Shown here: piece by piece, positions 1-9,512 of the stretch | Numbering within the stretch: the first letter of the stretch is position 1 | How the letters are laid out: the number at the start of each line of letters is the position of its first letter | DNA from: Candidatus Giovannonibacteria bacterium | GTDB taxonomy: Bacteria; Patescibacteriota; Minisyncoccia; JACPKW01; UBA11713 | DNA: 60,484 bases | Assembly (NCBI GenBank): GCA_023266875.1 | Contig: JAHFOJ010000004.1 | Span: 1-60,484 of the forward strand | Reading direction: 5' to 3' | Position numbers and translations under genes: made by a program | Notes under the pieces: model-generated | What the model saw: only the letters and a program-made list of their open reading frames with translations | Database searches by the model: none | Told to the model about the DNA's origin: nothing

Positions 1-1229
1 TTCTCTCATGGGGAGGAGCGAATTTTGAAGACGCCATTATACTTTCAGAGAAGATGGTCAAGAAAGATACATTTTCCACGATCCATATCGAAGATTTTTC
101 GGTGGATGTGCGCGACACTAAGCTTGGTCCGGAAATCACCACGCACGATATCCCGAATGTTTCCGAAGAGAAGCTGAAAGATTTGGATGAGGAGGGTTAC
201 ATTCGAATAGGCGCGGAAGTGCGCTCGGGGGACATCCTTGTTGGGAAGATTACTCCCAAAGGCGAGGTGGAATTGACGCCGGAAGAGCGCCTGCTCCGGT
301 CGATTTTCGGAGAGAAAGCGCGTGACGTGAAAGATACATCGCTTCGCGTGCCGCACGGAAAGGAAGGGCGTGTGGTCGGAGTTAAGATATTTTCGCGCGA
401 GAAAGGTGACAAGCTGGATACGGGAGTGATTAAGAGAATCGAAGTTGAGCTTGCCCAGCTTAGAAAAATTTCCGTGGGCGACAAGCTCGCGGGGCGGCAC
501 GGTAACAAAGGAGTAATTTCAAAAATTCTTCCTGAAGAAGAAATGCCGTTTTTAGCTGACGGAACTCCGGTAGATATAATTTTGAATCCTCTCGGCGTTG
601 CTTCCAGAATGAATATCGGCCAGATTCTTGAGACGCATCTTGGCTGGGCCGCGAAAATCTTGGGATATCAGGCTATCACGCCGGCTTTGAGAGGGGCTAC
701 TGAAGAAGAAATAAGGGAAGAATTGAAAAAAGCCGGAATTCCAGAAAACGGGAAAGTGCCGCTTTTTGACGGGCGAACCGGCGAGAAATTCGGCGAAGAC
801 GTTACCGTCGGTTACATATATATGATGAAACTTGTGCATATGGTGGAAGATAAATTACACATGCGTTCTATCGGCCCCTATTCGCTCATTACACAACAGC
901 CACTTGGAGGAAAAGCGCAAGGCGGAGGACAGCGCTTTGGCGAGATGGAGGTATGGGCGCTTGAAGGCTACGGCGCGGCGTATACTTTGCAGGAGATGAT
1001 GACCATCAAATCTGATGACGTCGTTGGACGTGCCGCCGCGTATGACGCTATCGTGCGCGGTGAGCGATTTAAAAGTCCAAATCTGCCGGCGAGCTTTCAT
1101 GTGCTTGTAAACGAGCTTAAAGCATTGGGGCTCGATGTTGAACTGCGCGGGGTCAAACAGGAATTGGAACAGGATAGATTTTCAAAGGCCGAGAAAAGAA
1201 GCAGGGATGAAGTAGTAATAAGGATTTAG
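1..1229 (+). CDS. rpoB: DNA-directed RNA polymerase subunit beta, C-terminal part (5' end lies outside the window)
   Basis: The frame is open from the window edge, in phase with nt 3. The translation contains GRHGNKGV and [22 protein letters not shown], both typical of the RpoB C-terminus. rpoC follows directly. Confidence 0.95.
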   Translation, partial: LSWGGANFEDAIILSEKMVKKDTFSTIHIEDFSVDVRDTKLGPEITTHDIPNVSEEKLKDLDEEGYIRIGAEVRSGDILVGKITPKGEVELTPEERLLRSIFGEKARDVKDTSLRVPHGKEGRVVGVKIFSREKGDKLDTGVIKRIEVELAQLRKISVGDKLAGRHGNKGVISKILPEEEMPFLADGTPVDIILNPLGVASRMNIGQILETHLGWAAKILGYQAITPALRGATEEEIREELKKAGIPENGKVPLFDGRTGEKFGEDVTVGYIYMMKLVHMVEDKLHMRSIGPYSLITQQPLGGKAQGGGQRFGEMEVWALEGYGAAYTLQEMMTIKSDDVVGRAAAYDAIVRGERFKSPNLPASFHVLVNELKALGLDVELRGVKQELEQDRFSKAEKRSRDEVVIRI

Positions 1230-1298
1230 GAATTAGCAATTGGCTTATAATAAAATTTCTAATAACCTATTTTCTAACAGACTAATAACCTAAAACAT

Positions 1299-4200
1299 AT
1301 GGAAACAAAAGTTACAGATTTCATATCAATTTTGCTCAAGCTAGCTTCTCCCGAGAAGATTTTATCTTGGTCGCGAGGCGAGGTGACGAAACCCGAGACC
1401 ATAAATTATCGGACACAGCGCGCTGAAAAAGACGGGCTTTTTGACGAGCGAATTTTCGGTCCGGAACACGACTACGAATGCTATTGCGGGAAATACCGCC
1501 GAATCCGCTATAAAGGAATTGTTTGCGATAAGTGCGGAGTCGAGGTAACGCGCTCTATCGTAAGACGTGAGCGCATGGGCCACATAAAATTAGCAACGCC
1601 GGTATCCCATATCTGGTTTTTGCGCGGGGTGCCTTCACGGATAGGCTTGATTTTGGACCTGTCCATCCCGGAGCTTGAGCGCGTAATTTATTTTGCGGGA
1701 TATGTGATAACGAAAGTTAACGAAAAAGCGCGCGACACCGCGCTAAAAGATTTGGAGAAGGAGTATAAGGCGAAAGAGAAAAAAGTTGAGCTCAAAAAAG
1801 ACAAAGCGGCGCTCAAGGAAGCTTTTGACAGCGCAAAAAAAGAACTTGAATCTATTCAGCCGAGAAAAGTGATAACGGAAGTTGAATATCACAAGCTATC
1901 GCTCCGCTACGGCGAGGTTTTTGAGGCCGGAATCGGCGCGGAAGCTCTCTATAAGATTTCCAAAGATGTCAATCTGCATGATCTAGCGCGAGAGCTTTCG
2001 GGCGCTTTGATTGACGCAAATCCGCAAAATAAGAAAAAAATAATCAAGCGCATAGGGGTCGTAAAAGCGATGGAACGCTCTGGAGTAAGACCGGAATGGA
2101 TGTTTTTAACTGTGATCCCAGTAAGCCCTCCGGCTTTACGCCCGATGGTCCAGCTGGAGGGCGGCAGGCATGCGACTTCCGACGTTAATGATCTTTACCG
2201 CCGCGTTATCAACCGAAACAACCGTTTGAAAAAACTTCTTGAGCTCAAGGCGCCCGAAGTTATTGTGCGAAACGAAAAAAGAATGCTTCAGGAAGCTCTT
2301 GATGCCTTGATAGACAATTCGATCAGGCGCGGGCAGTCTGCAGTAACTTCGCAAGCCCAGCGTCGCCCGCTTCGATCGCTTGCAGACATGCTTCGCGGCA
2401 AGCAAGGCAGGTTTAGGCAGAATTTGCTTGGCAAACGCGTCGATTATTCCGGCCGCTCAGTGATCGTTGTCGGTCCTGAACTTAAGCTCCATCAATGCGG
2501 ACTTCCGAAACACATGGCGCTTGAGCTATTTCGCCCTTTCGTTATTAATAAATTAATTGAGCGGGAACTTGCGCACAACATCCGCGGAGCAAACCGATTG
2601 ATTGATGAGGCAACGCCGGAGGTTTGGGCAATTTTGGAAGAAATAATCAAAGGCAAATTCGTCCTTCTCAACCGCGCGCCTACTTTACATCGTCTCGGCA
2701 TTCAGGCATTTCAGCCGGTTTTGATTGAAGGAAACGCGATTCAAATTCATCCGCTTGTATGCGAAGCGTTCAATGCTGATTTTGACGGCGACCAAATGGC
2801 TGTGCACCTACCTTTGACTGAAGAGGCGCAAAAAGAAGCTCGGGAAATTATGGCTTCATCGAAAAATCTACTAAAGCCGGGAACCGGAGATCCAATAGTT
2901 ACACCGCGCCAAGACATGATCCTCGGCTGCTATTGGCTGACAAAAATTCGCCCTGGCGCGATAGGTGAGGGTAAAATTTTTGGAAATCCAAACGAAGCCA
3001 TTTTGGCCTACGAGTTCGATCAGATAGACATAAAAGCAAAAATTAAAGTTCGCTCTACGACAAACAAAAAATATGAGGCGTTCGGCGAAAATATTTTTGA
3101 AACTACAGTAGGGCGGCTCTTGTTTAATTCTGTTTTGCCGAATGACTATCCATACATAAATGAGGACGTAAAGAAAAAAATTCTAGAGAAAATTGTTTCT
3201 CACGTCATTGTGGAATACGGAGTTGATCAAGTTGGCCCGATTGTCGACAAAATCAAGGCGTTTGGTTTTAGATACGCGACTGTGTCCGGAATCTCATGGG
3301 GCATGGATGATGTCGTCGTGCCACCTTTGAAAGACAAAATTATCAAGGCAGCGGAAGTGGAAGCGCGTAAAGTTTTTGAGCAATACAATGAAGGTCTTTT
3401 AACTGAAGATGAAAGATATGACAAAATTATTTCTATTTGGACTGATGTGAAGCGCAGAGTCGATGAACTGGTTCCGAAAACGCTCGACGAACATGGTGCT
3501 GTGCACTCTATGGTTTCTTCAAATGCCCGCGGCACTTGGACGCAGATTTCCCAGATGTCCGGGATGAAGGGGCTTGTGAAAAATCCTTCAGGCAAAACGA
3601 TTGAACTTCCGATCATTTCTTCATACAAAGAAGGATTGAACGTGCTCGAATATTTCATTTCAACTCACGGGGCGCGAAAAGGAACTGCTGATACTGCATT
3701 AAAAACGGCACATGCCGGATACTTGACGCGCCGCTTGGTGGACGTTGCTCAAGATCTTATAGTCCGTGAAGAGGACTGCAAAGACACGGTTGGGTTCCGT
3801 GTTACAAGAAAAGATGCCGAAGATTATGCGAAGGGATTTGCCCAGAGAATTTTCGGGAGGGTGCTTTCGGCGGACATGAAAGGGCCGGACGGTAAAATAA
3901 TTTTTAAGAAGGGGCATTTGGTTACGGTTGAAGACGCCGAGACGGCCGAAAAATCTGGAGCCGTCGAAGCCCAGTTGCGCTCTCCAATAAATTGCAAAAC
4001 TATTCGCGGCATATGCCAAATTTGCTATGGATACGATCTTGGATCAAATAAACTCGTAAATATGGGGGAAGCAGTAGGTATTGTCGCGGCACAGGCGATC
4101 GGAGAGCCAGGAACGCAACTAACTATGCGCACATTCCACATTGGAGGCATCGCGGGTGCTGCTGACATAACCATGGGGCTTCCGAGAATCGAAGAAATTT

Positions 4201-4958
4201 TTGAATTGCGGATGCCAAAAGTAGTTTCGGTTTTGTCTGATGTCGCGGGAGAAGTGATTGAAATTGAAAACAAAGGACAGGAGAAAATAGTCAAAATCTT
4301 GATTGATAAGACAAAAACTAAAGATAAGAGCAAAGAAGATCTTAAAGAATTTACGATTCCCTTCGGGCGCACTTTGGCGGTAAGCGTTGGAAGTAAAGTA
4401 AGCCCCGGGAGCCAGCTTTCGGAAGGCCCGGTTGATATCAAAGATTTATTCACTCTCGCCGGCGCCATTACAGCTCAAAACTATATCATCCGCGAGGCCG
4501 CGAGAATTTATAACTTGCAGGGAGCGGCGATTAACGACAAGCACATAGAAGTTATAGTGCGCCAGATGTTTTCTCGCTTGCGCGTGAACGATTCGGGCTC
4601 GACCCGACTTGCGATAGGGAATGTAATTGAAACCGCGGAGTTCGTAGAAGAAAATGAACGCACGAAAAGAGATGGTGGAGAGTTAGCAACAGCGACTATT
4701 TTGGTTATGGGCATCACGAAGACTGCTCTCACAACTTCGTCATTTTTGTCGGCTGCATCCTTCCAAGAGACCACTCGCGTTTTAATAAACGCGTCACTTG
4801 ACGCGAAAGAAGACCGGCTACACGGACTCAAAGAAAACGTGATAATTGGGCGTCTAATTCCAGCGGGCACCGGGTATCGCAAAGAATATGAAGCATTAAC
4901 AGAATTTCAGCAAAAGGAACTCGAGCGCGAGGAAGAAGAGGCGAGAGCTTACCAGTAA
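1299..4958 (+). CDS. rpoC: DNA-directed RNA polymerase subunit beta'
   Basis: 1219-aa ORF with the N-terminal Zn-finger CxC..CxxC, the catalytic [12 protein letters not shown] motif and the conserved C-terminal region. rpoB-rpoC synteny. Confidence 0.97.
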   Translation: METKVTDFISILLKLASPEKILSWSRGEVTKPETINYRTQRAEKDGLFDERIFGPEHDYECYCGKYRRIRYKGIVCDKCGVEVTRSIVRRERMGHIKLATPVSHIWFLRGVPSRIGLILDLSIPELERVIYFAGYVITKVNEKARDTALKDLEKEYKAKEKKVELKKDKAALKEAFDSAKKELESIQPRKVITEVEYHKLSLRYGEVFEAGIGAEALYKISKDVNLHDLARELSGALIDANPQNKKKIIKRIGVVKAMERSGVRPEWMFLTVIPVSPPALRPMVQLEGGRHATSDVNDLYRRVINRNNRLKKLLELKAPEVIVRNEKRMLQEALDALIDNSIRRGQSAVTSQAQRRPLRSLADMLRGKQGRFRQNLLGKRVDYSGRSVIVVGPELKLHQCGLPKHMALELFRPFVINKLIERELAHNIRGANRLIDEATPEVWAILEEIIKGKFVLLNRAPTLHRLGIQAFQPVLIEGNAIQIHPLVCEAFNADFDGDQMAVHLPLTEEAQKEAREIMASSKNLLKPGTGDPIVTPRQDMILGCYWLTKIRPGAIGEGKIFGNPNEAILAYEFDQIDIKAKIKVRSTTNKKYEAFGENIFETTVGRLLFNSVLPNDYPYINEDVKKKILEKIVSHVIVEYGVDQVGPIVDKIKAFGFRYATVSGISWGMDDVVVPPLKDKIIKAAEVEARKVFEQYNEGLLTEDERYDKIISIWTDVKRRVDELVPKTLDEHGAVHSMVSSNARGTWTQISQMSGMKGLVKNPSGKTIELPIISSYKEGLNVLEYFISTHGARKGTADTALKTAHAGYLTRRLVDVAQDLIVREEDCKDTVGFRVTRKDAEDYAKGFAQRIFGRVLSADMKGPDGKIIFKKGHLVTVEDAETAEKSGAVEAQLRSPINCKTIRGICQICYGYDLGSNKLVNMGEAVGIVAAQAIGEPGTQLTMRTFHIGGIAGAADITMGLPRIEEIFELRMPKVVSVLSDVAGEVIEIENKGQEKIVKILIDKTKTKDKSKEDLKEFTIPFGRTLAVSVGSKVSPGSQLSEGPVDIKDLFTLAGAITAQNYIIREAARIYNLQGAAINDKHIEVIVRQMFSRLRVNDSGSTRLAIGNVIETAEFVEENERTKRDGGELATATILVMGITKTALTTSSFLSAASFQETTRVLINASLDAKEDRLHGLKENVIIGRLIPAGTGYRKEYEALTEFQQKELEREEEEARAYQ

Positions 4959-4981
4959 AATTGGAATAGATGCCATAACTC

Positions 4982-5010
4982 AAAAAAGCCTTGTAGAACA
5001 AGGCTTTTTT
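4982..5010 (+). terminator. Rho-independent terminator after rpoC (A-tract / stem / T-tract, could act in both directions)
   Basis: aaaaaAGCCTTGTagaACAAGGCTtttttt: 8-bp stem, 3-nt loop and a T6 run, 24 nt after the rpoC stop. A second hairpin, gtagagat-gcg-atctctac, follows at 5014-5032. Confidence 0.8.
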
Positions 5011-5037
5011 GATGTAGAGATGCGATCTCTACAGAGC

Positions 5038-5066
5038 TTGACAGAAGCTTTTTTCTCATGTATAAT
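5038..5066 (+). promoter_or_regulatory. Consensus sigma70-type promoter (TTGACA-N17-TATAAT)
   Basis: Exact TTGACA at 5038-5043, a 17-nt spacer and exact TATAAT at 5061-5066. It sits upstream of the rpoC-ftsK islet genes. Confidence 0.7.
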
Positions 5067-5140
5067 CAAGCAAGAATTGTGCTAGAACTTTGATTTGTTT
5101 TTAACCCGCCCCGACGGCCAAAATATCGGGATTGGAGGAG

Positions 5141-5500
5141 ATGATGAAGACGAAATACTGGATTTTTTCAGTAATGATCTTGCTTTCCGTGGCAATATAT
5201 TTGACGTTTCGCTCTGGCATTGAAAGAAGTAAGCTTGACTCGTTTGCTTTGGAACTTGAAAAACAGTCCAAGACAGACATCGAGAGCCAATGCAACGGTG
5301 GAATCATCAAAGAATCTTTGGGAGTTTATAGATGCTATAAAATACCAGGATTCATCTTCGAAGACAGTAATGGCTATCGAAAGTACTTGGTCATCGTGTT
5401 CCAGTACTCTTCAATGTCGCGAGCGAGAATGTCACCGCTCAATTATTCACGCGAAAGGTATGTCTACATTATGGATTTTCCAATACATACCAGGCGCTAA
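5141..5500 (+). CDS. Hypothetical small membrane-anchored protein
   Basis: ATG at 5141 is preceded by a strong SD, GGAGGAG (5134-5140). One N-terminal hydrophobic helix (YWIFSVMILLSVAIYLTF). No recognisable family. Confidence 0.55.
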   Translation: MMKTKYWIFSVMILLSVAIYLTFRSGIERSKLDSFALELEKQSKTDIESQCNGGIIKESLGVYRCYKIPGFIFEDSNGYRKYLVIVFQYSSMSRARMSPLNYSRERYVYIMDFPIHTRR

Positions 5501-5567
5501 AAGTGATTGCCACCGGGGTGCGCCCGGACGGCACAATGGGAGAGAAGGATGCTCTAATGCCTTCTCT

Positions 5568-5582
5568 CCCCTCAACTGAGTT
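5568..5582 (+). repeat. 15-nt direct repeat CCCCTCAACTGAGTT (copy A)
   Basis: The identical 15-mer recurs at 6623-6637. Copy A overlaps the 3' arm of an 11-bp hairpin (5538-5548 / 5560-5570). Confidence 0.6.
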
Positions 5583-5700
5583 TTTCAAATGAAAATTTGG
5601 AAGACTCTGAGAGGAAAGTTCTTTGAGTAATAAAAATGGTGATTCACGTCCACGGGTGCCGTAAGGCAAATTCAAACCCACGGACACGAATGGGGGAAGT

Positions 5701-6261
5701 ATGAGAAAAATAGTAGCAAGATTACAGGGAGAAAATCAGGAATTGGCAGACTCTCTTAATCGGTTAGGTTCGGTGAAAGCAAAGCTTGTGAGAGGCGGGA
5801 TTATTGCAGAGTTACCGAGATTTGCAGATACCGCTTCATACAGTTTCAGAATTCCTGATCAATTGCACTATGCTCGTTTCTCAATCGAGACAACAGAGTG
5901 TGGCGGTGGGATGACGAACACTGGACACGCAAGCATTATCTGCAGCACGATCGGCGAGAAAGTTCGTCCTTTCTATATTCCCAGGGGTGGGCATTTAGCT
6001 AACGGAGACCATGCATTTTTCTCGATGCCAATGCTGGTCGAGGTCACTGGTTATCGGAATATAGAAGGTGTAGAAATATTTCATTTCTCGATTTTCAAAA
6101 AATCCCTCGGTTCCGCTGAGATCATTATGAGGGAGATCTGGAGCGGAGATCGGGAATCTCTGCCGAGAAAATATAACTACTTTACCGAGGCAGTCAACGC
6201 TGCGTATGAAAAGGCGAACTGCTATCACTGCCGCCATGTTCATTATGCTGAAGGGCGGTAA
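5701..6261 (+). CDS. Hypothetical protein (186 aa), no recognisable family
   Basis: Long ORF with the SD-like GGGGGAAG just upstream of the ATG. C-terminal CYHCRH motif. No motif I can assign. Confidence 0.6.
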   Translation: MRKIVARLQGENQELADSLNRLGSVKAKLVRGGIIAELPRFADTASYSFRIPDQLHYARFSIETTECGGGMTNTGHASIICSTIGEKVRPFYIPRGGHLANGDHAFFSMPMLVEVTGYRNIEGVEIFHFSIFKKSLGSAEIIMREIWSGDRESLPRKYNYFTEAVNAAYEKANCYHCRHVHYAEGR

Positions 6262-6284
6262 ATCAGATTAGAAAAGGAGCAAAG

Positions 6285-6470
6285 ATGGATGAAAAGAAAG
6301 TTGGGAAGCCGGAAGATGTTCTGACGCCGTCTGAAGTGGCGGCATTACTGAAAATCCACCTTAAGACGGTTTACAAGCTGGCAGAGAGAGGAGTAATCCT
6401 CGGTGAGCGCTCGGGGCGTACCTGGCGATTCAATCGCTCCGATGTGATGAAGCTCATTTCTTCTTGCTAA
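6285..6470 (+). CDS. Excisionase-family / MerR-like helix-turn-helix DNA-binding protein
   Basis: 61 aa. LTPSEVAALLKIHLKTVYKLAERGVI..G..R.WRF matches the short excisionase-type HTH pattern. SD AAGGAG lies upstream. Confidence 0.7.
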   Translation: MDEKKVGKPEDVLTPSEVAALLKIHLKTVYKLAERGVILGERSGRTWRFNRSDVMKLISSC

Positions 6471-6622
6471 ATAAAAGTTGAAAGGAGTTTGGCACAAATG
6501 AATGTCTAATTCCCCGGGAATCGCGGCGGGATAAAAATACCGCGTCTGGCTCCAGGAGTGGGGCCATCGATAACAAGCGGCTTACCACCGCAAAAACTCC
6601 AAAGGGGCTGTCGTGATGACAC

Positions 6623-6637
6623 CCCCTCAACTGAGTT
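6623..6637 (+). repeat. 15-nt direct repeat CCCCTCAACTGAGTT (copy B)
   Basis: Identical to 5568-5582. Its first 10 nt pair with AGTTGAGGGG at 6670-6679 (10-bp stem, 37-nt loop). Confidence 0.6.
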
Positions 6638-6689
6638 CTTGAATTTGCTGGCATTGGGATCGAAAATTGAGTTGAGGGGTAATCTATTA

Positions 6690-6725
6690 GGGGAGTTTTG
6701 AGAAATCGAGCTCCTCTTTTGTTTT
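6690..6725 (+). terminator. Putative Rho-independent terminator of the islet transcript
   Basis: GGGGAG..CTCCTC stem (one G-U pair) followed by TTTTGTTTT. Confidence 0.45.
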
Positions 6726-6727
6726 GC

Positions 6728-6807
6728 CCCCGTTAGAGAATGCCCCGCGGCTGGCTACGGAATTATAATTGCGGGGCGAAGTGTCACGAGTGAGTTCTCT
6801 AACGGGG
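6728..6807. repeat. Inverted-repeat element, copy 1 (CCCCGTTAGAGAA ... TTCTCTAACGGGG)
   Basis: Perfect 13-bp terminal inverted repeats (6728-6740 / 6795-6807). They enclose 54 nt containing an internal 7-bp GCCCCGC/GCGGGGC hairpin. The same core arms occur at 21387-21505 and 49636-49726. Confidence 0.7.
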
Positions 6808-6832
6808 TTCACTAAAAAAATATCTTTATATC

Positions 6833-6841
6833 TGCTATAAT
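6833..6841 (+). promoter_or_regulatory. Extended -10 promoter element TGcTATAAT upstream of ftsK
   Basis: Exact TGCTATAAT. The same 9-mer precedes three other genes in the window. Confidence 0.5.
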
Positions 6842-6872
6842 CTTCTCATAGAGATTTAGACATCAGGCAAAA

Positions 6873-9110
6873 TTGGTAAAAAACGGCAAAAAAAATAGCG
6901 ATAAAAATAGGGGGAAGTGGCATGAAGGGCTGAAGCAAGAGACAAAGCAGTCAATTCTTGGTATTTTCTCGTTCGCGCTTGGGGTCTTATTCATACTTGC
7001 CCCGTTCGGCAAGGCCGGCGTTTTGGGCGACACTTTGCAAAAAGGTCTCAAGTTTCTTTTCGGCGGGGCTTTCTTTTTAGTCCCTTTGATGTTTTTTGTA
7101 GCCGGGCTTTCTTTTTTATTCTCGATTCGCAGACATTTTGTTTTGGCAACATTGATCGGAGCTGCAATGTCGCTTTTCTCCGCGCTCGGCTTGGTTGAAA
7201 TTATTTTAGGAACCCGCGCCGGTGGGTATGTCGGCTTCGCGATTGAGTATCCTTTTGTGAAATTATTGGATGTTTGGGTGTCGGGAATCTTACTTTCCGC
7301 GCTCGCGGCCTCCGGCATTTTGATAATGTTTAATGCGTCTTTGCAGAAGCTTGTTACAAGAAAAGAAAAGAAAGAAAATGAAAACTTGCCGGTGATAAGC
7401 GAGCAGAAGCTGCCAATGGAAGTCGTAGAGCCAAAAATAAATTTGCCGAAACGTCCGGAGCCAGCCGCTAAGGAAGAAAGGAGTATCCCAGCTCCGCCCC
7501 ATCGTGAAGAAGATTTTATTTCCGCTCCGATTAGGCGGCGCGCTGGCGGAAGCGCGCTTATCCCGCCCTTGGACTTGCTTGAAAGCGATAAGGGCGAGCC
7601 GTCATCAGGCGATATAAAGGCAAATTCAAATATTATAAAGCGAACGCTTCTTAATTTTGGAATTGATGTTGAAATGGCCGAAATTAACGTTGGGCCGTCC
7701 GTCACGCAATATACGCTCAAACCCGCGGAAGGCGTTAAGCTCGCAAAAATTACCGCGCTTCAAAACGATCTCGCTTTGGCTCTCGCGGCGCATCCCTTGA
7801 GGATAGAGGCGCCGATACCCGGGCGGTCTCTTGTCGGCATCGAAGTTCCAAACCGTTCGATTAAGCTTGTCGGGCTCAGATCTCTATTTTCTTCAGAAGA
7901 GTTTCAGAAGTCAGGCATGGTTTTGCCGTTTGCCTTAGGGCAGGATGTTTCTGGAAACGCGGTTTACGCGGATCTCGCGCGCCTTCCGCATATTTTAATT
8001 GCCGGCGCGACCGGATCGGGCAAGTCGGTCGCGATTCACTCGCTTCTGATGAGTATTCTTTATAAAAATCCTCCGGATACTCTCGGGTTTATCATGATCG
8101 ATCCGAAACGAGTCGAGCTCACGGGATACGCGAGAATCCCGCATCTTTTGGCGCCCGTCATAACTGATGCCAAAAAAACAATCATTTCGCTCAAGTGGGC
8201 AGCGCGCGAGATGGAAAGGCGATATGAAATTTTGGAGAAGTCTGGGGTCAGAGATATCAGGTCATATCACGCAAACGTGGTCGTGAAAGATCCGGAAGCA
8301 GACCCGATGCCGTATATTATTATTGTGATTGACGAGCTCGCGGACATAATGGCGACCTATCCGCGGGAGCTTGAAGCTTCTATCGTGCGACTTGCGCAAA
8401 TGTCACGAGCGGTCGGGATCCATTTAATTTTATCGACCCAGCGCCCGTCGGTTGAAGTGATCACGGGGCTCATAAAAGCGAATATCACCTCTAGGATGGC
8501 TTTGCAGGTAGTATCGGGGGTCGATTCTCGGACGATATTAGACGCGACGGGCGCGGACAAACTTCTTGGAAACGGCGATATGCTATTTTTGGCGGGCGAT
8601 TCCGCAAAACCCCGGCGCATTCAGGGGGCTTTTGTTTCCGAGCGGGAAGTAAAAAAAGTCGTATCTTGGCTTCGGGAACATTCGGATGACGCTGAATCGA
8701 AAGATATTTTTGCGTCTTCCGATAATGAAAATGAGGGTATGACTATTTCGCTTGAAGATTTTTCAGACGCGGATGAGGCGCTTTATGAAGAGGCAAAGAG
8801 AATAGCAATTGAGGCGGGAAAGATTTCAGCGTCTTTCATGCAGAGGCGTTTGAAAGTTGGATACGCGCGCGCGGCGCGGTTATTGGACATGATGGAGGAA
8901 AGGGGAATTATTGGTCCGGCTGACGGCGCAAAACCGCGGGAAGTTTTGATGCGTCCGGAAAAATTTGTTGTTCGAGACCCATCGGCCGATGAATTGGAGA
9001 AAGCCAATCTTTATGAAGCAAAAAAACGCCAAGATGCCTCGCGCGAGCGTAAGGGGGATTCGTCAGGCGCGTTTCCCGATGATGACGGCGAATTTTTTAA
9101 CAGTTTTTGA
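6873..9110 (+). CDS. ftsK: DNA translocase FtsK/SpoIIIE
   Basis: N-terminal transmembrane helices, Walker A GATGSGKS, a Walker B-like VIDELAD and a C-terminal gamma winged-helix (QRRLKVGYARAARLLDMMEERGIIGP). TTG start. Confidence 0.93.
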   Translation: MVKNGKKNSDKNRGKWHEGLKQETKQSILGIFSFALGVLFILAPFGKAGVLGDTLQKGLKFLFGGAFFLVPLMFFVAGLSFLFSIRRHFVLATLIGAAMSLFSALGLVEIILGTRAGGYVGFAIEYPFVKLLDVWVSGILLSALAASGILIMFNASLQKLVTRKEKKENENLPVISEQKLPMEVVEPKINLPKRPEPAAKEERSIPAPPHREEDFISAPIRRRAGGSALIPPLDLLESDKGEPSSGDIKANSNIIKRTLLNFGIDVEMAEINVGPSVTQYTLKPAEGVKLAKITALQNDLALALAAHPLRIEAPIPGRSLVGIEVPNRSIKLVGLRSLFSSEEFQKSGMVLPFALGQDVSGNAVYADLARLPHILIAGATGSGKSVAIHSLLMSILYKNPPDTLGFIMIDPKRVELTGYARIPHLLAPVITDAKKTIISLKWAAREMERRYEILEKSGVRDIRSYHANVVVKDPEADPMPYIIIVIDELADIMATYPRELEASIVRLAQMSRAVGIHLILSTQRPSVEVITGLIKANITSRMALQVVSGVDSRTILDATGADKLLGNGDMLFLAGDSAKPRRIQGAFVSEREVKKVVSWLREHSDDAESKDIFASSDNENEGMTISLEDFSDADEALYEEAKRIAIEAGKISASFMQRRLKVGYARAARLLDMMEERGIIGPADGAKPREVLMRPEKFVVRDPSADELEKANLYEAKKRQDASRERKGDSSGAFPDDDGEFFNSF

Positions 9111-9472
9111 CTTTAGACGAGATTTCTGTGAGAATTAGGCAGAAAAAATTTATTCTGTTCTTGGTGATTATTGGCGTATTTGCTTATGGAATTTTTCAAG
9201 CGAGAAATTATATATTAGGGCCGCACATAGTTTTGGAAAGCCCCAAAGATGGACAGTCGTTTAAAGAAACGCTTATATCTGTCAATGGTAAAGCGAAAAA
9301 TGTGAGCTATATCGCGCTTAACGGAAGGCCGATTTATATCGATAACGACGGGAATTTTAATGAAGATATTTTGCTTGCCCCCGGACTCAATATCATAGTG
9401 ATAGAAGCCAAGGACAAATTTGGAGCAAAGGTTTTGCTACGCCGGCAGGTTACGCTAATTCCCCAAATGTAG
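9107..9472 (+). CDS. Hypothetical membrane-anchored protein
   Basis: ORF with one TM helix followed by a beta-rich segment. Its start overlaps the ftsK stop. The exact start is uncertain. Confidence 0.5.
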   Translation: MTLDEISVRIRQKKFILFLVIIGVFAYGIFQARNYILGPHIVLESPKDGQSFKETLISVNGKAKNVSYIALNGRPIYIDNDGNFNEDILLAPGLNIIVIEAKDKFGAKVLLRRQVTLIPQM

Positions 9473-9512
9473 TTAAATATTTAAGATTATTTACTAATAA
9501 TTAATTTAAAAA

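Noticed and set aside
5220-5579. Overlapping alternative-frame ORF (119 aa) within and after the small membrane-protein gene.
   Set aside because: No SD or start context. It overlaps the SD-led ORF 5141-5500 in another frame and runs into the hairpin region.
5611-6585. RNase P RNA-like strings: GAGGAAAGTT (5611-5620), GGGTGCC-GTAA-GGCA...AAACCCACGGAC (5654-5692), AAATGAATG (6496-6504) and ACAAGCGGCTTAC (6573-6585). These resemble the CR-I, P8/P9, CR-IV and CR-V regions of bacterial rnpB and suggested an rnpB gene interrupted by the ORF-containing insert.
   Set aside because: The two putative P4 strands are not complementary (AAGTTCTT versus GCGGCTT). The invariant GTCC of CR-I is GTTC. The spacing between the CR-IV-like and CR-V-like strings is about 70 nt instead of a few. 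The intervening ORFs have good SD sites. A covariance-model scan would settle the question, but I cannot support the call from the sequence alone.
6728-6807. Interpreting the GTTAGAG / CTCTAAC arms as integron attC-like sites (core GTTRRRY and inverse core RYYYAAC).
   Set aside because: The orientation is reversed: here GTT... comes first and ...AAC last, whereas attC has RYYYAAC first. Both 7-mers miss the consensus at one position. No integron integrase or cassette array is present.
6863-7720. Long antisense ORFs in the track: 6863-7720 (-) opposite ftsK, 30178-30735 (-) opposite the BNR protein, 37022-37585 (+) and 37030-37563 (-) within pyrG, 3227-3658 (-) and 4025-4468 (-) opposite rpoC, and 48226-48741 (-) opposite rpsB.
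   Set aside because: They overlap genes with unmistakable conserved motifs. They have low-complexity or biased composition typical of shadow frames, and no start signals.
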